Assembly (NCBI GenBank): GCA_002633005.1
Contig: NMRA01000239.1
Span: 272,288-336,287, forward strand
Origin: Phoronis australis
Taxonomy: Eukaryota > Animalia > Phoronida
Length of the DNA: 64,000 nt
Reading direction: 5' to 3'
This document shows, piece after piece, positions 24,201 to 36,512 of this stretch. The position numbers were made by a program, and so were the translations under genes. Numbering within the stretch: position 1 is the first letter of the stretch; every line of letters starts with the position of its first letter. The notes under the pieces were generated by a model. That model did not search any database. It was not told where the DNA came from and saw nothing but the letters and a program-made list of their open reading frames with translations.

Positions 24201-27200
24201 CATAAGTAGACAAAATGACAAGGAATTTACCATCGTGGCAGCCGGGTGCAAGACGAAATCACAGATATTGCAGCTTTCCATCAAGATTGGAATGAGCGAT
24301 TCCAGAAAAGGTTGTAAAATATAGTAAATTTTTAAACCTATAATGATAGGGTGCAGTACTGCCAACAGTAAACTTATGTGTACTTGATTGTAAGATGATC
24401 AAAAATCTTTTATCTCCTACACAAAAGTTATTGAAGGTACAATAACTTCATAATCTTATGTCTTTTATTCCCAGAACCTCTGATAATGAGTACCACCATC
24501 ACTTGACTTCACATTTTTGAATATGAACTACTACAGACAGATAGCAGTCTTGGTCAAAGTGAATGATTGTGAAGTTTCATTACTCAGACTTGCATGTTTT
24601 TTAACGAATATTATGTTTGTGGTTTACCACTTGTCAGAAGGCATTTATTTTGAGTTTGGATTTGGAACACTTCCACTGGCGATATAAGTTGGTAGACATA
24701 CAACTAAGGAGACAGAAAACAGGTACGTACTACTGCTGATGCGATCTCAGAGCTCTGGACGATGAATTTCATTTTGTGTCATTATACTAAAATATAATCA
24801 TATCTGAACGATTTATTAAGGCTACTAGTTTGTCTGACAATTTTGAAAAAAAACTACAGAGATGTAGAAAAAGAATTTTTTAAGATTTTTGTGAAAAATT
24901 ATAAGTCTTCCTATACGCCATATGTTAGCCACATCATGTCTGAAAACATCTCTGCTCCAAGCGGGGTTCAAACACGGGATTTTCTGCTAACCGTGTAGAT
25001 GTTCTGGTCCACTGAGCTATCAGGACCACCAGTCATTACCGAAAGCTAAATAGACTTGATACAGATTATCTTACCTAAACTTGGGAGTGTATTGTTATGT
25101 TGTTATTAATCAAAGTGTTGATATTGCATAAGCAAGAGTCATAGTTCCCTAGACTATGTACAACCAGTGCAGTGGGGAAATCTCAACAGGTAAAACTCAG
25201 ATCAGTCAAAGAGTCCTCTGCCCTGTAACTTAATTACTGATTTCGAGACTCAAATTAAAACACCAACCCCTAAATCCCAAACAAGGCTGGAAGCGAGTAT
25301 GTTGGTACAATAGAATCAGACACATCATACTCACAAGTGCACCTTAAATATTGACCTGAACATGTCCATATCAAGATATTTATGATGAAGACATGAAGTG
25401 TTTCATTAGCTCCGAGACTCAATACATTTGTGTGTGCTTTTTACTTGGCCATATCCATTTTCCACCAAGCTGTGAACTTGCAAACTGTAGTTATAACAAA
25501 GTGCTTCGCAAAACTAACAATAAAAGTCTAATAAGAAAATGAAAGCATGAGACTAAATTTTGCATTGTTGCTATAGGAACCCACACTTGGTTGTATATAT
25601 CCAGATCACGCTACCAACTTTTATTAGACATCATCTGGGTCAGGTCAAAATCCGTCCTAGATAGCTGCTAGATGGAAGACAATCGATTCGTGGAGGTGAA
25701 GAAAATAACCCCATAAGACATTTTATTGTTCTGTGAGAGTACCAAATAGAAATTAATTGCTGTTACTGTCCCATCTATTAATTATTTTCCATCCCCGCAA
25801 TAATTTTTATGTTACTATTACACGCTGTTATTTTTCACATTTTGATAACACTGTTGGTTTTTAGAATTTTAAAATATTTTGAAACCAGTCAGGTATGCGA
25901 AATGATGATTACTTATGAATTAAATTATTTATCTTCTGCTTCTGATACCAAGACAAAGGCCTTTCTAATCATATGGCTCTTATGCAATTTGTTTGAAAAA
26001 TAACAGAATTGCAAAAAGTTTTAATGACAGTAAATTCTATAGCAATTACACACCGTAACAAACAAATGCACACAACTCTTGTGCATGCGTGGCGCTGGCG
26101 CATCCTCAGCAGCCATGAGACGAGATCAGAGCTGGCATTCCGGCTCTGGGGCTAGCGTTTTAGGTAATATGGCACCATTTTGAGTCAGAATTTACGTCTT
26201 GGCTAGACTCAAATAAGCCAATATATGAGCTCTGACTACAGATCTGAAGAGCAATACTAGAAAGAAGAGTGGTGACATTTACAACCTTTCAGAAACCGAA
26301 ATTAAGATCAAATTCCCAGTGTGTGTTAAGGAAGGGACAATACACAGGAGGTGACAGTAATCCCAAGTTTCTCTTTGGTCCACTCAAGAACAATAAAATG
26401 TCTCAATACATTTTGCTTCTTTTACACTGCATGCCACACCGATAAATCAATCATTTTCCATCTTGTGCTCGCAGATTTTGACCAGATGCAGATAACAAAT
26501 TAAAACTAATAGCACGACCAGGATGTAGCCAAGCCAGGTGAAACTTGGAAAGCAAAGCAACAAAAATTACATTGAATTTCCTGCTTTTTAACAAGTTTCC
26601 CCGTCACCTGACTTTCGTTAATGATTAGAGGAATAGTTTGCGAACTAACCACTTGGAAAAAAGAAAATGACAGAGTAAAAAGCATGGCAAATTTCTTGTT
26701 CGGGGTGTATAGAATCAAATGAAGCAAGTCCAAATTGCTTGTCAAGGGCCGTTGCCTCAACACTGAATGGTTTGTAGGCTTGACTCTGGCCCCAACAACA
26801 GTGAGGTCCACGACCACAGTTGTAAACACAATACTCAATTTCGACAGTGAGCACAATCTCAAGCTGGCTCAGCAGAGATGGTGTAGCTTGTAGAGGAGCT
26901 TCACACGCCGGAAGCTTTTCGTCGAATTATGCCTCACACTGACTAAAACATCAAAGTCACATTGTTATAAATACCTTTTGTGCATAGAAGGACACTTTAG
27001 GAGGCTGTCGATGTCTTTAATTCTTTCCAACTTGAACAAATATTCCCATTACCAAACTTTTTTTGAACAGTCCCTCGTTTAGTTCCTAAAATCGGCAACT
27101 GGCCATTTTTACACTGCGCACGCCAGGGGATATTACGTCATACCACCTGCCACACGCAGAGTTAAAAATGGCCAGTTTCCGATTTTGGGAACTTAACAAA

Positions 27201-30200
27201 GGACTGCTCAAAGAAAAAGTTTGATTAAGGAGAATATTTGTCTAAGTTGGCAGGAATTAAGACATCGACAGCCTCCTAAGTTGTCCTTCTATGCGCAAAA
27301 AAGGGACTCATCTAGGATTTGAAAATTGGGGGTCCAAATTCGTGAGACTGACGAGTCGTGCAAGGCGCAAATCTGAGGCGCGCAGCGCTGATGGGGGGGG
27401 GAGGGAGTTGGGGGGNNNNNNNNNNNNNNNNNNNNNNNNNNNNNNNNNNNNNNNNNNNNNNNNNNNNNNNNNNNNNNNNNNNNNNNNNNNNNNNNNNNNN
27501 NNNNNNNGTGGGGGAGAAGTTGGGGGGAGGTGGGGGAATTCACCCACCCGGTGAGGAAAAAATTGTTACATAAAAAAGGTCATTTCCTTGCATTTTATTT
27601 AGCACACTGTTTGGATGTCTTTTTCTTGTTCAAAGGACGGCACATAGGGAAACTAAACAAAATTAGGAGGTTTGTTCCATTCAGGATGTGTAGATCTGTA
27701 AATCTTTTTAGTAAGATAATCTATGCAGAGTTGCATGATAGACAGATAATCCACAGCATGAGTACAAGACTCAATGTATCTTGAAGCTCTCAAATGAGAA
27801 GAGTAAAATGCAGTTGAGAAACCAGTTAAAATTGTGAGAAGACAATGAAGTTGCATTCGAAAGGACACGAAGAAATATATTCTAGAGTACATGTCTACGT
27901 TTTGTTACATCGCACTGTAATGCAATTTATGAATCTACAAAAACAATACCATATCCTCAACAAATTCACAAATCAGTATCACCAGTGCTCAACACGGTCG
28001 AAAATCTCCGGCTGGAAAATAGGAGTGACGGCGTATGTGCACTCGCGCGTGTACCCGGACTTGTCTTCGCCAAAGGATCGTGACCAAAAAAAAACGTCGA
28101 ACCTCCGTGTTTGAATTTGGCATTTGTATTTTTACGTTTCTTAAACGTTTTTCCGAGCATTTTACTCGTAAATTTCACGTCGTTTGGCTACGAGCGTAGC
28201 CAGTAGTCACCAGGGACATCGTAGTTGTGACGTCTTCTGCAGTGCATTTTAAGTGGACGCTTTGTTAAATTGAAACTTACCAGGTTGAAAGTCAATCACA
28301 GTCTTTCATAGTACGCTACAAGAAATTTATTCTTATAAAAAGAACCATTCCTTTCTAGCAGTTTAAGAGTCAAATCCCCAGCCGAAGTAACAGGTGCTGT
28401 GCACGTGACTGGCTGACCTACTTTTTTCCAAATACGGCACGCAGTGCCACAGACAGAGGATAAACTCGAATCGCCCAATAATCATGGAATTCCACAATAA
28501 GCTGAAGTATTTCGAGGCATTTATTTTCATGCTAAGTTATTCATTGAATACGTAACCAACATTATACACCACATTTTTTTCTCGTAAAGTTTGCACTGCA
28601 TTCTCGCGCATCAATATAAGTCGTTCGGCCGTGCGGATTTTTTGATATTTTTTCATTCATTCGTTCGAGTTGCAACGGAGCTATGCGAACAAATTAAGGA
28701 AGTTTGCGCTAAGTTTTATCTGGTTTGCATGTTCAACGACATTGATGGCTTTTGTACGGCAGGTCAGTGCTAGAATTTTGTCGGGTATCATTTTTTCGAA
28801 GTACTTTCTCCGTCGGCTGCTCTGTCGCGAATATATCGAGTGCCGCTTCAACTTCCGCGTTGGAAACTAGCATTAGGGGTACAGCAAATCCTTTGAACTT
28901 CGGATGTGGGTTCTTCAATTTCAAAGATTAAGTGTCCATGTACGGGTAGTTAGCACTGGATGCAATATTTCTTGACACTAGTCGTGCGGGGGATTCCTTA
29001 TGAAGTCACCTTGACGTCACAGAATAGGAAGGTATTCCCCAAAGATGGCTGCCAGTATTTGCCAATCGTCATTGTGACATTTATAGTAAGAATAGACGGC
29101 AAAAGTTTCTAATGTCAAGTTATTTCTTAATATTTAGCGAACTTAAACAATGAATTGTAGGTTTCAATGAAATTTATTAATAATAAATGTTAAAATTCTT
29201 CGTTTAGCCTTCATTTTCGCCGAGGTTGTTTTGGAACAGGCCGTCTTTTTTCCGTCTTGGCCGTGCCGTCCAAAGCCGTCATTTTTTTAAAAGGGCCGTC
29301 CCAAGGACGGCCAGGACGGCCGCTAGATGAGTCCCTGGAGCAAAAGGTATTTATGATGTTTTAGTCAGTGTTAGGCATAATTCACCTGAAAGTTTCCGGG
29401 GTATGAAGCTACATCGTCTCTACTCAGTCAGTTTGAGACGGTGGTCACTGTCTATACTCAAATGCGACTCACGTTTGCCCAAAAAACATGGCGGAATACC
29501 CAGTATGCACAGTAAGTGTCCTCGAAGGGAAATTCCAGGACGCACTCACATGACGCTGAAGGGAAAATTCCAAGTCACCACCAGATATGCTGCAGTCTGA
29601 CACCAGGTGGCGCTCCCCTGCACTGCACAATCGAGATGAATGTTTGAATTCCCCAGTTCCAAGTGTGATGTGGAGTCAAATAAAGCCTTCCCAAATCACT
29701 TGCCAGTGAGCAACTGCCTCTTGGTCGAATGGCTTCTTGCCATCGAGGCAACGACATAATTCGATATTCTAGGTTGTAGGTTGGTATTCTAACTACACTC
29801 AACATAAGCCGCTCAAATGACCAGTCTATATAGCTTAGCCTTAACCTTAATGAAACGAAACTAGAAATTGAAAGTGCCACTTACTTACGATAAAGCCAAA
29901 GCAACAACCGAGTTTTATATTCACAATAAGCCGCCGTTAAGACGCAACATTTCAAAATCAACTCTATAAACGTACTATAGTCACCTTAACTAGTAAATGC
30001 AACACCGCCTTCTTCCGAATTTCTTCAAAAACCGCGACACCGCCACCGGCGAAGAGCGTTGTCTTCGCAACGGCAGCCGGTAAAACTTAAGTGCTTCTGA
30101 CACAAAAATCATAGAGATGTTACCATGAACTACTTAAGAACCACACGAAGGGTACGAAAGTTCATTGGAATTAGACAGATATAAATTTTCAAAACAGAAG

Positions 30201-30262
30201 GATGCATATAATGGGTGTCAACAGCGAACTCTTACCTTTGCTAATCGTCTTGTTGCTGCCAT
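18279..30262 (-). CDS. UBE2L3: Ubiquitin-conjugating enzyme E2 L3 (UbcH7), 153 aa
   Basis: Exons 30262-30236 (MAATRRLAK), 22700-22605, 22032-21846, 18430-18279; 462 nt in total. Contains [32 protein letters not shown] (HPN motif and catalytic Cys) and [10 protein letters not shown], nearly identical to human UBE2L3. Confidence 0.97.
18876..19447. mobile_element. PIF/Harbinger (Tourist-like) MITE, 572 bp
   Basis: TIR GGGCTGTTCCAGcAAAATCTGTgTGGGAG / CTCCCAtACAGATTTTaCTGGAACAGCCC, TAA on both sides. A near-identical partial copy lies at 50459-50721. Confidence 0.9.
19533..21138. mobile_element. hAT-like non-autonomous element (~1.6 kb) with 6-bp TSD
   Basis: TIR caaggcttagaat / attccaagccctg, flanked by GATTAT on both sides; same terminus as 16514-16762. 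Confidence 0.6.
23545..23821. mobile_element. TA-terminated non-autonomous DNA element (family of 7945-8264)
   Basis: ttgggacgcagtcgattttggcgtt...ttcactgtcccaaactggagaatttctactgTA. Confidence 0.65.
24900..25028 (-). mobile_element. tRNA-derived SINE
   Basis: Minus strand: ggtcctgatagctcagtgg (A box)...gtttgaaccc (B-box-like), then tgatgtggctaacatatggc. Homologous to 47920-48057. Confidence 0.7.
27301..29337. mobile_element. Non-autonomous hAT element (~2 kb, contains an assembly gap)
   Basis: TIR aagggactcatctag / ctagatgagtccctg; 8-bp TSD gcgcaaaa / gagcaaaa; clustered GGCCGTC/GACGGCC subterminal repeats. Confidence 0.85.
27416..27507. other. Assembly gap in a G-rich tract
   Basis: Run of N flanked by poly-G. 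Confidence 0.99.
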
Positions 30263-30579
30263 TTTCGAGAATGTCACATGACATATATAAGCCCATTCAT
30301 TGGTTCATTCAATGCGGAAACAGAACTGCGACATCTGATGGTGATTAGCAGTGGTGAATTTCTGCAATGTCGTGAATGTTTTGAAATGATACGTTGTTTT
30401 TCGTGTTCAACTGCTGTACCAAACTTCCTAAAGATGGTATTGAAGATTTCATGTTTATATTTTGTCACTGAAAGGGTATTACTAGCGCACTTCGAATAAT
30501 TTTCAAGCCACTCGTTTTTGGAAGTTTTTGCAGGGTCTGCCTTGCTAGTAATATCAGGAAGAGATCTCTTCCTGCTAGT

Positions 30580-31517
30580 ATAGGCAATGACCATCGCCTC
30601 TGTTGGCCCGAACCAGAGGCGATGTAGAGGCTATAGGCGCTCTGTACGCTGGAAGCTTTTCGGCGAATTATGCCTCGCACCGACTAAACCATCAAAGTCA
30701 CGTTGTTATAAATACCTTTTGCGCATAGAGGAACACCTTGGGAGGTTGTCGATGTGTTTAAGTCCTTCCAACTCCAACAAATACTCCCGTTATGAAACTT
30801 TTTCTTCGATCAGTCCCTATTTCAGTTCCCAAAATCGTGAAATCAAAATTTGCATTTTTTTAACCAGGCTGAAGGTCAGAAGTTGCGATCCTACCGGCGA
30901 ACTTTGAAAGCTGAAGTTCCCGCCCTTTGCGTACGTGCTGCCGGGAACCAGCCGTGCATTTGCCGTGTTGTTAAACATTAAAATGTCAAATATGTGCACA
31001 AAGACTATTAAATGTCATATCAACAGCATTTATTTTTATCAAATACAAACAATAATTCATTGAAATACAAACAGTTTCAAGTAACGCCAATCAAAGACAA
31101 GTATAAGTGTTGGCATTTTGGAAACGAACATTTGACTCACAAGACCGCAATGGCTCACCTTTGGCCTATTTAAAAATTATTGAGGTTATAAGTCACATCA
31201 CCTAGCGAGCGCGGTCAGTGAAAAATTGGAGCGTGCGCAGTATAAAAATTTTGATTTCACGATTTTGGGAACTGAAATAGGGACTGATCGAAGAAAAACT
31301 TTCATAACGGGAGTATTTGTTGGAGTTGGAAGGACTTAAACACATCGACAACCTCCTAAGGTGTTCCTCTATGCGCAAAAGGTATTTATAACAACGTGAC
31401 TTTGATGGTTTAGTCGGTGGGAGGCATAATTCGCCGAAAAGCTTGCGGCGTACAGAGCGCCTATAGCCTCTGCATCGCCTCTGGTTCGGGCCAACAGAGG
31501 CGATGGTCATTGCCTAT
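30580..31517. mobile_element. MULE-type foldback MITE, 938 bp with ~270-bp TIRs
   Basis: ataggcaatgaccatcgcctctg... / ...cagaggcgatggtcattgcctat, flanked by the direct repeat TCCTGCTAGT. The repeated 'MTIASVGP' ORFs in the track are its arms. Confidence 0.9.
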
Positions 31518-31891
31518 TCCTGCTAGTGCTAATTCATTTAGGCCTACTTGCCATGTCACCGAAGTTGTAACTGGATCAGGCTAAAATTTTTCTAAAATCC
31601 ATTTGGCAAATAAGATATCAATCACAGGCGTCCTCAGCTTCTAATGTAGTATATATATATAAAAATGCATAGTGCATTGGAGAAGCTGAGGTCGGTGAGG
31701 ACACCTGGGCCCGGTCTCCAATCTCCGTACTCAGACTCGAATCATGCTCAAACTCACACTTCATACTCAACTCGAGTACAGACTCAGCTTTGGTGTATTC
31801 AATGTCGTACTCGAAAAATCTGTACTCAAAATTTCGAGCACGTACTCACTTTTCGAGTGTACTCGAACTGAAGTGTATCTCATCTACATTT

Positions 31892-32553
31892 CTAGGCAAT
31901 GACCATCGCCTCTGTTGGCCCGAAGCAGAGGCGATGTAGAGGCTATAAGCGCTCAGTACGCCGGAAGCTTTTCGGCGAATTATGCCTCCCACCGACTAAA
32001 CCATCAAAGTCACGTTATAACTACCTTTTGCGCATAGACGAACACCTTAGGAGGTTGTTGATGTGTTTAAGTTCTTCCAACTCGAACAAATACTCCCGTT
32101 ATGAAACTTTTTCTTCGAGCAGTCCCTATTTCAGTTCCCAAAATCGGGAAATCAACTTTTCATTTTTTTTAACCAGGCCGAAGGTCAGAAGTTGCGGACC
32201 TACCGGCGAACTTTGAAAGCTGAAGTTCCCGCCCTTCGCGTACGTGCTACCGGGAACCAGCCGTGCATTTGCCGTGTTGTTAAACATTAAAATGTCAAAT
32301 ATGTGCACAAAGACTATTAAATGTCATATCAACAGCATTTATTTTCATCAAATACAAACAATGATTCATTGAAGTACAACCAGTTTCAAAAGTAACGCCA
32401 ATTAAAGACAAGTATAAGTGGTGGCATTTTGGAAACGAACATTTGACTGACAAGACCGCAATGGCTCACCTTTGGCCTATTTAAAGATTGAGGTCATGAA
32501 TTCACATCACCTAGCGTGCGCAGTATAAAAATGGTGAGTTCACGATTTTGGGA
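31892..32553. mobile_element. Second copy of the 938-bp foldback MITE (right arm lost in an N gap)
   Basis: Highly similar to 30580-31270 including the internal spacer; runs into the Ns at 32554 just after the right TIR begins. Confidence 0.88.
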
Positions 32554-32764
32554 NNNNNNNNNNNNNNNNNNNNNNNNNNNNNNNNNNNNNNNNNNNNNNN
32601 NNNNNNNNNNNNNNNNNNNNNNNNNNNNNNNNNNNNNNNNNNNNNNNNNNNNNNNNNNNNNNNNNNNNNNNNNNNNNNNNNNNNNNNNNNNNNNNNNNNN
32701 NNNNNNNNNNNNNNNNNNNNNNNNNNNNNNNNNNNNNNNNNNNNNNNNNNNNNNNNNNNNNNNN
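32554..32764. other. Assembly gap
   Basis: Run of N. Confidence 0.99.
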
Positions 32765-34601
32765 TTGTAGTTGTAGCGACAGCAGACGATAATGTAGGCC
32801 TAGTTCTTGGGGTGGTCTATTCCAATAGGGAGCGATGAATCAGCGCGGCTTTGCGTGATTTTGCATTTCACATCATAAAGAGTTCCATAGCAACTCGAGT
32901 ACGAGTGTCAGATTTGAGTACGCTTGGAGTCTACTCGAAATACGACATTAGATACGCTTTTTTGAGTACGACTCCAGTGAGCACGATTTTGAGTATGAAA
33001 TCTCGAGTATGAGTATGAGTCTGAGTGCGGAGATTGGAGACCGGGCTCAGGCTGTGATATCAATCAGCTGCTGCACAGTTTTTGTACATCGTTCCACCCA
33101 ATGCCTTGGCAACCAGTGTTTTATAGGAAATTGCTGAGCTCCTCTTGACATTATGCATGCAACAAAACAGCCACTGTTGCACAAATATGAACAAATTTCC
33201 TGTACTCGATTCTCTCGCCTACCGGTGACATATTTGAAAGTAAGAGAATGCACGTCTTGTATATATCCAGTAATTGACTACGTGATTGTATACTTTGATT
33301 TATACTAAAATTGCCGTGTAGGCTATAGTATTATCAAATTTGGTGAAAAAGATAATTAAGTGGTCTCCACCAGCCACATGCAACAAAGGCTTTCTTTAAC
33401 TCAAATTGAAACGCGTGGTCATGTGGATACATTTATCCACCCGGAACAGCCCGGCCTGGGTAGTTTTGCTTGTCACCTCGCCGTTAAACTTGTATCAACA
33501 TGGTAGAGCTAAAAACCGGCAGGGGTGCATGCAAAATCTGGGAGTCAGCCAACACTCATCTTGCCCATTACAGCCGTTTAAATTAAAAGCAATCTAATAA
33601 ACGTCATTTTATTGAGTAATTTTCCGCCCTTTGTGACAAACAAAAGTATGTCGTCGTTTTGAAAACAGAACACTCGTGACACACAGAGGTGATGACAGCT
33701 TCGCAGCAGCAAAATTTGTTTTGAAATTCGGTTTGCTGGCATCAAAATTCTATATTACAATTAAGTAAAACCAAGTCCGATAATTTGTTGTGGCATGTAT
33801 GCAACCTCGTAAAAGAACAACACTTGATTGAAGAAACGGCAAAAATGGCCAATATGATAATTTTTCATGGTGCTCAAAGTTCGAAAAGTTCAAAAGATCG
33901 CAGCACAATTTTAGCAGCAGAATGGTAGAACGCCAATTTTTCCAACACCGGTAAATAATTTAGTTTATTGAGGCAAGAGTGTAGTTTTTTTATGACAGTA
34001 ATTTTGTGTCAGATTTTATCTGGTCAGTTTTTTAACCACATCGGTGAAAAACTGTATAGTATACAGGGGTTATGTTGTTGACGTGCTTCCGGTGAATATA
34101 TGAGCCTCTGTTAACCACTCATTAATGGGCAATTTCCTTGCTTGCCCATTTTATTGGGGTCGCTGGTACGATTCTCGGGTTGGGTAATATTGGATATTAC
34201 AATTCTGCCATTAAATTTTGAAGCAATTATTTGCATCAACTTTGAGCTACATGAGATTGAGTGCTTTAAACTACAGTTTTGGTCAATTCTTCAATCTTCT
34301 GTTCTCTTTTGTGAGCTTGTGCTCAGTTCCCATAACTGACTTATCACAAGCTCCGACCCTTGTCAACAAACAAACATTAGGTTTTCGGCGACAACGTGTT
34401 GCATTCTGGTTAAAGTGGCGGCTTGGAAACGAAGGTGTGTCACGAATGCTTCGTTCTGAATGGTCAGTTAAGCTGTCACTCAAAATCGATTGATCAATTA
34501 CCACACGTGGTTACAATTCTTTTTTAAATAGTTTTTCTACATTTCTCACATTGCCACTGTATACTTGTACAGTTTCGTAGCAAGGCGAGTAAACTGTAAG
34601 C

Positions 34602-36131
34602 TTTTTATGCGCCCACATATTTATATGTGGACGCATTATGCCGTCATCTCTGTCCGTCCATCCGTCCGTCCGGGCGGCCTCCGTCCGGCGTCCGGCGTCC
34701 GCTGCTCTATCTCCAAAACCCTTTGACATACGTTCATGAAATTTGGCACATATGTTCCATTTATGAATGGGACGGCATGTGCGAACTTTCGGACGGATCC
34801 GACTACCGGTGTGCCCCCTAGTGGCAATTTTAGTTTTTTACGCTTACCTTTGTATCTTCAAAAGTCCTGAACGGATTTTCATGAAATTTGGTATGTAGGC
34901 ACCTAGTAGTGAGATGACGCTATCCTGCCGTTTTCGGATGGATTCGACATAGTTTGCGCCACCTAGTGGCCATTTTTACTGTTTTCGAGTCTGTTTTTGT
35001 GCTTCCACCCCTCTATCAACCAAACCGCTCAAAGGATGATTGTGAAAATTGGCATGTATATGCTTACTATGTAGAGGATGGTTGACGATGATTTTCCGAC
35101 GATTTCGACTACTGTGGCGCCTCCTAGTGGCAGTTTTGTTTTTTTGCGCCTATGGCTGTATCTCCTAAACCGTTCGCAGGATCTTTACAAATTGTGTAAG
35201 TATATTTATATGATGTTAACAACGGAAGATGACGACTTTTGGTCGGATCCGACTACCGGTGTGCCCCCTAGTGGCAATTTTAGTTTTTTACGCTTACCTT
35301 TGTATCTTCAAAAGTATTGAACGGATTTTCATGAAATTTGGTATGTAGGCACCTATTAGTGAGATGACGCTATCCTACTGTTTTCAGATGGATTCGACGT
35401 AGTTTGCGCCACCTAGTGGCCATTTTTACTGTTTTCGAGTCTGTATTTTTGCGTCCACCCCTCTATCAACCAAACCGCTCAAAGGATGATTGTGAAAATT
35501 GGCGTGTATGTGCTTACTATAAGGAAGACAGCTGACAATGATTTTCAGACGATTTGGACTACTGTGGCGCCTCCTAGTGGCAGTTTTGTTTTTTTGCGCC
35601 CATGGCTGTATCTCCCAAACCGTTTGCAGGATCTTTACTAAATTTAGCAAGTGTATTTATGTGATGTTGACAACGGACGATGACGACTTTAGGATGATTC
35701 TGATTACCGGTATGCCTCTAGTGGCAATTTTAGTATTTGCCTCTAGTGGCAATTTTAGTATTTTACATTGACCTCTGTATTTTCATAGGTCTTTAGGTGT
35801 ATACTTTGTGTTACTTCGTGACTGTGAAGGAAAAGTTCCAAGTAGAAATTTGTTTCTGGCATTCTAATGCTGTGCTAATCTCGTATGTTGGTAAATTTGT
35901 TTTTAATTCTATGTTTCTGTGGTGCTTTAAGCAACTGGTGTATAGGATGTGCTTGTATTATGAAGATTACTCACATTTTGCCCCTAGCCTATTGAGGAGA
36001 CAATGACCATGCCTTTCCATTTTGCAAAGTATGCCCTCTACTGGCCACTTTATGGTACCAATAAACAACCCTAGAAGGATACCGTATGCGGTGCAATTGT
36101 GGGCGCATTTCAACGCTCCGCGTTGCTCTTG
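34602..36131 (+). mobile_element. Helentron-associated (HINE/pearl-like) element with an internal tandem array
   Basis: 5' tttttatgcgcccac plus a short hairpin and (GTCC)n microsatellite; ~150-bp cores each containing ctagtggc; 3' gtgggcgcat (inverse of the 5' motif), hairpin caacgctccgcgttg, then ctcttgtt. Confidence 0.8.
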
Positions 36132-36512
36132 TTATCTTATGCCCTGGGTAAACTATCAAATTCATGTTTCTATAAGTATCTTTTGAGCACAGGACATTTA
36201 TGGAGGCTATCATCTTTAAATTCTTCTAACTCGCAACAAATGCTCTGGCATACACCATTTCCTTCTGATTAGCAAGACCAACTAATTGAAAGATGGTAAA
36301 TTCTCAACCAAGTGTCGAAATTTGAAAGTCACATGACTGGCAGTATTGCATTGTTTTTTCATGATCTTGTTCCTTTCCAATTTGATTATTTAAAAATTTC
36401 AATTCTTGACCCAGGAGCTGTTTGAGAGGGGGTCTGTTTTTGCAACAAAACAAAGTGTATGTAACATTGTAGGGGTCGTAGAAAGTCACGTATGATAACA
36501 TTCTTGTTTTAG

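Larger units (their letters stand above)
26841..29454. mobile_element. MULE-type foldback MITE interrupted by a hAT insertion
   Basis: Long inverted arms homologous to 30580-31517; 9-bp flanks tactcaatt / tactcaaat. The right arm is split at 27300/29346. Confidence 0.75.
31704..33051. mobile_element. TIR element with TACTC/GAGTA subterminal repeats, hosting a nested foldback
   Basis: cctgggcccggtctccaatctccgtactcagactc / gagtctgagtgcggagattggagaccgggctcagg; no clear TSD. Confidence 0.75.

Noticed and set aside
30587-32216. Three near-identical ~105-aa ORFs (MTIASVGP...) suggesting a small gene family
   Set aside because: They are the inverted arms of foldback MITEs bounded by a TSD and show no coding features.
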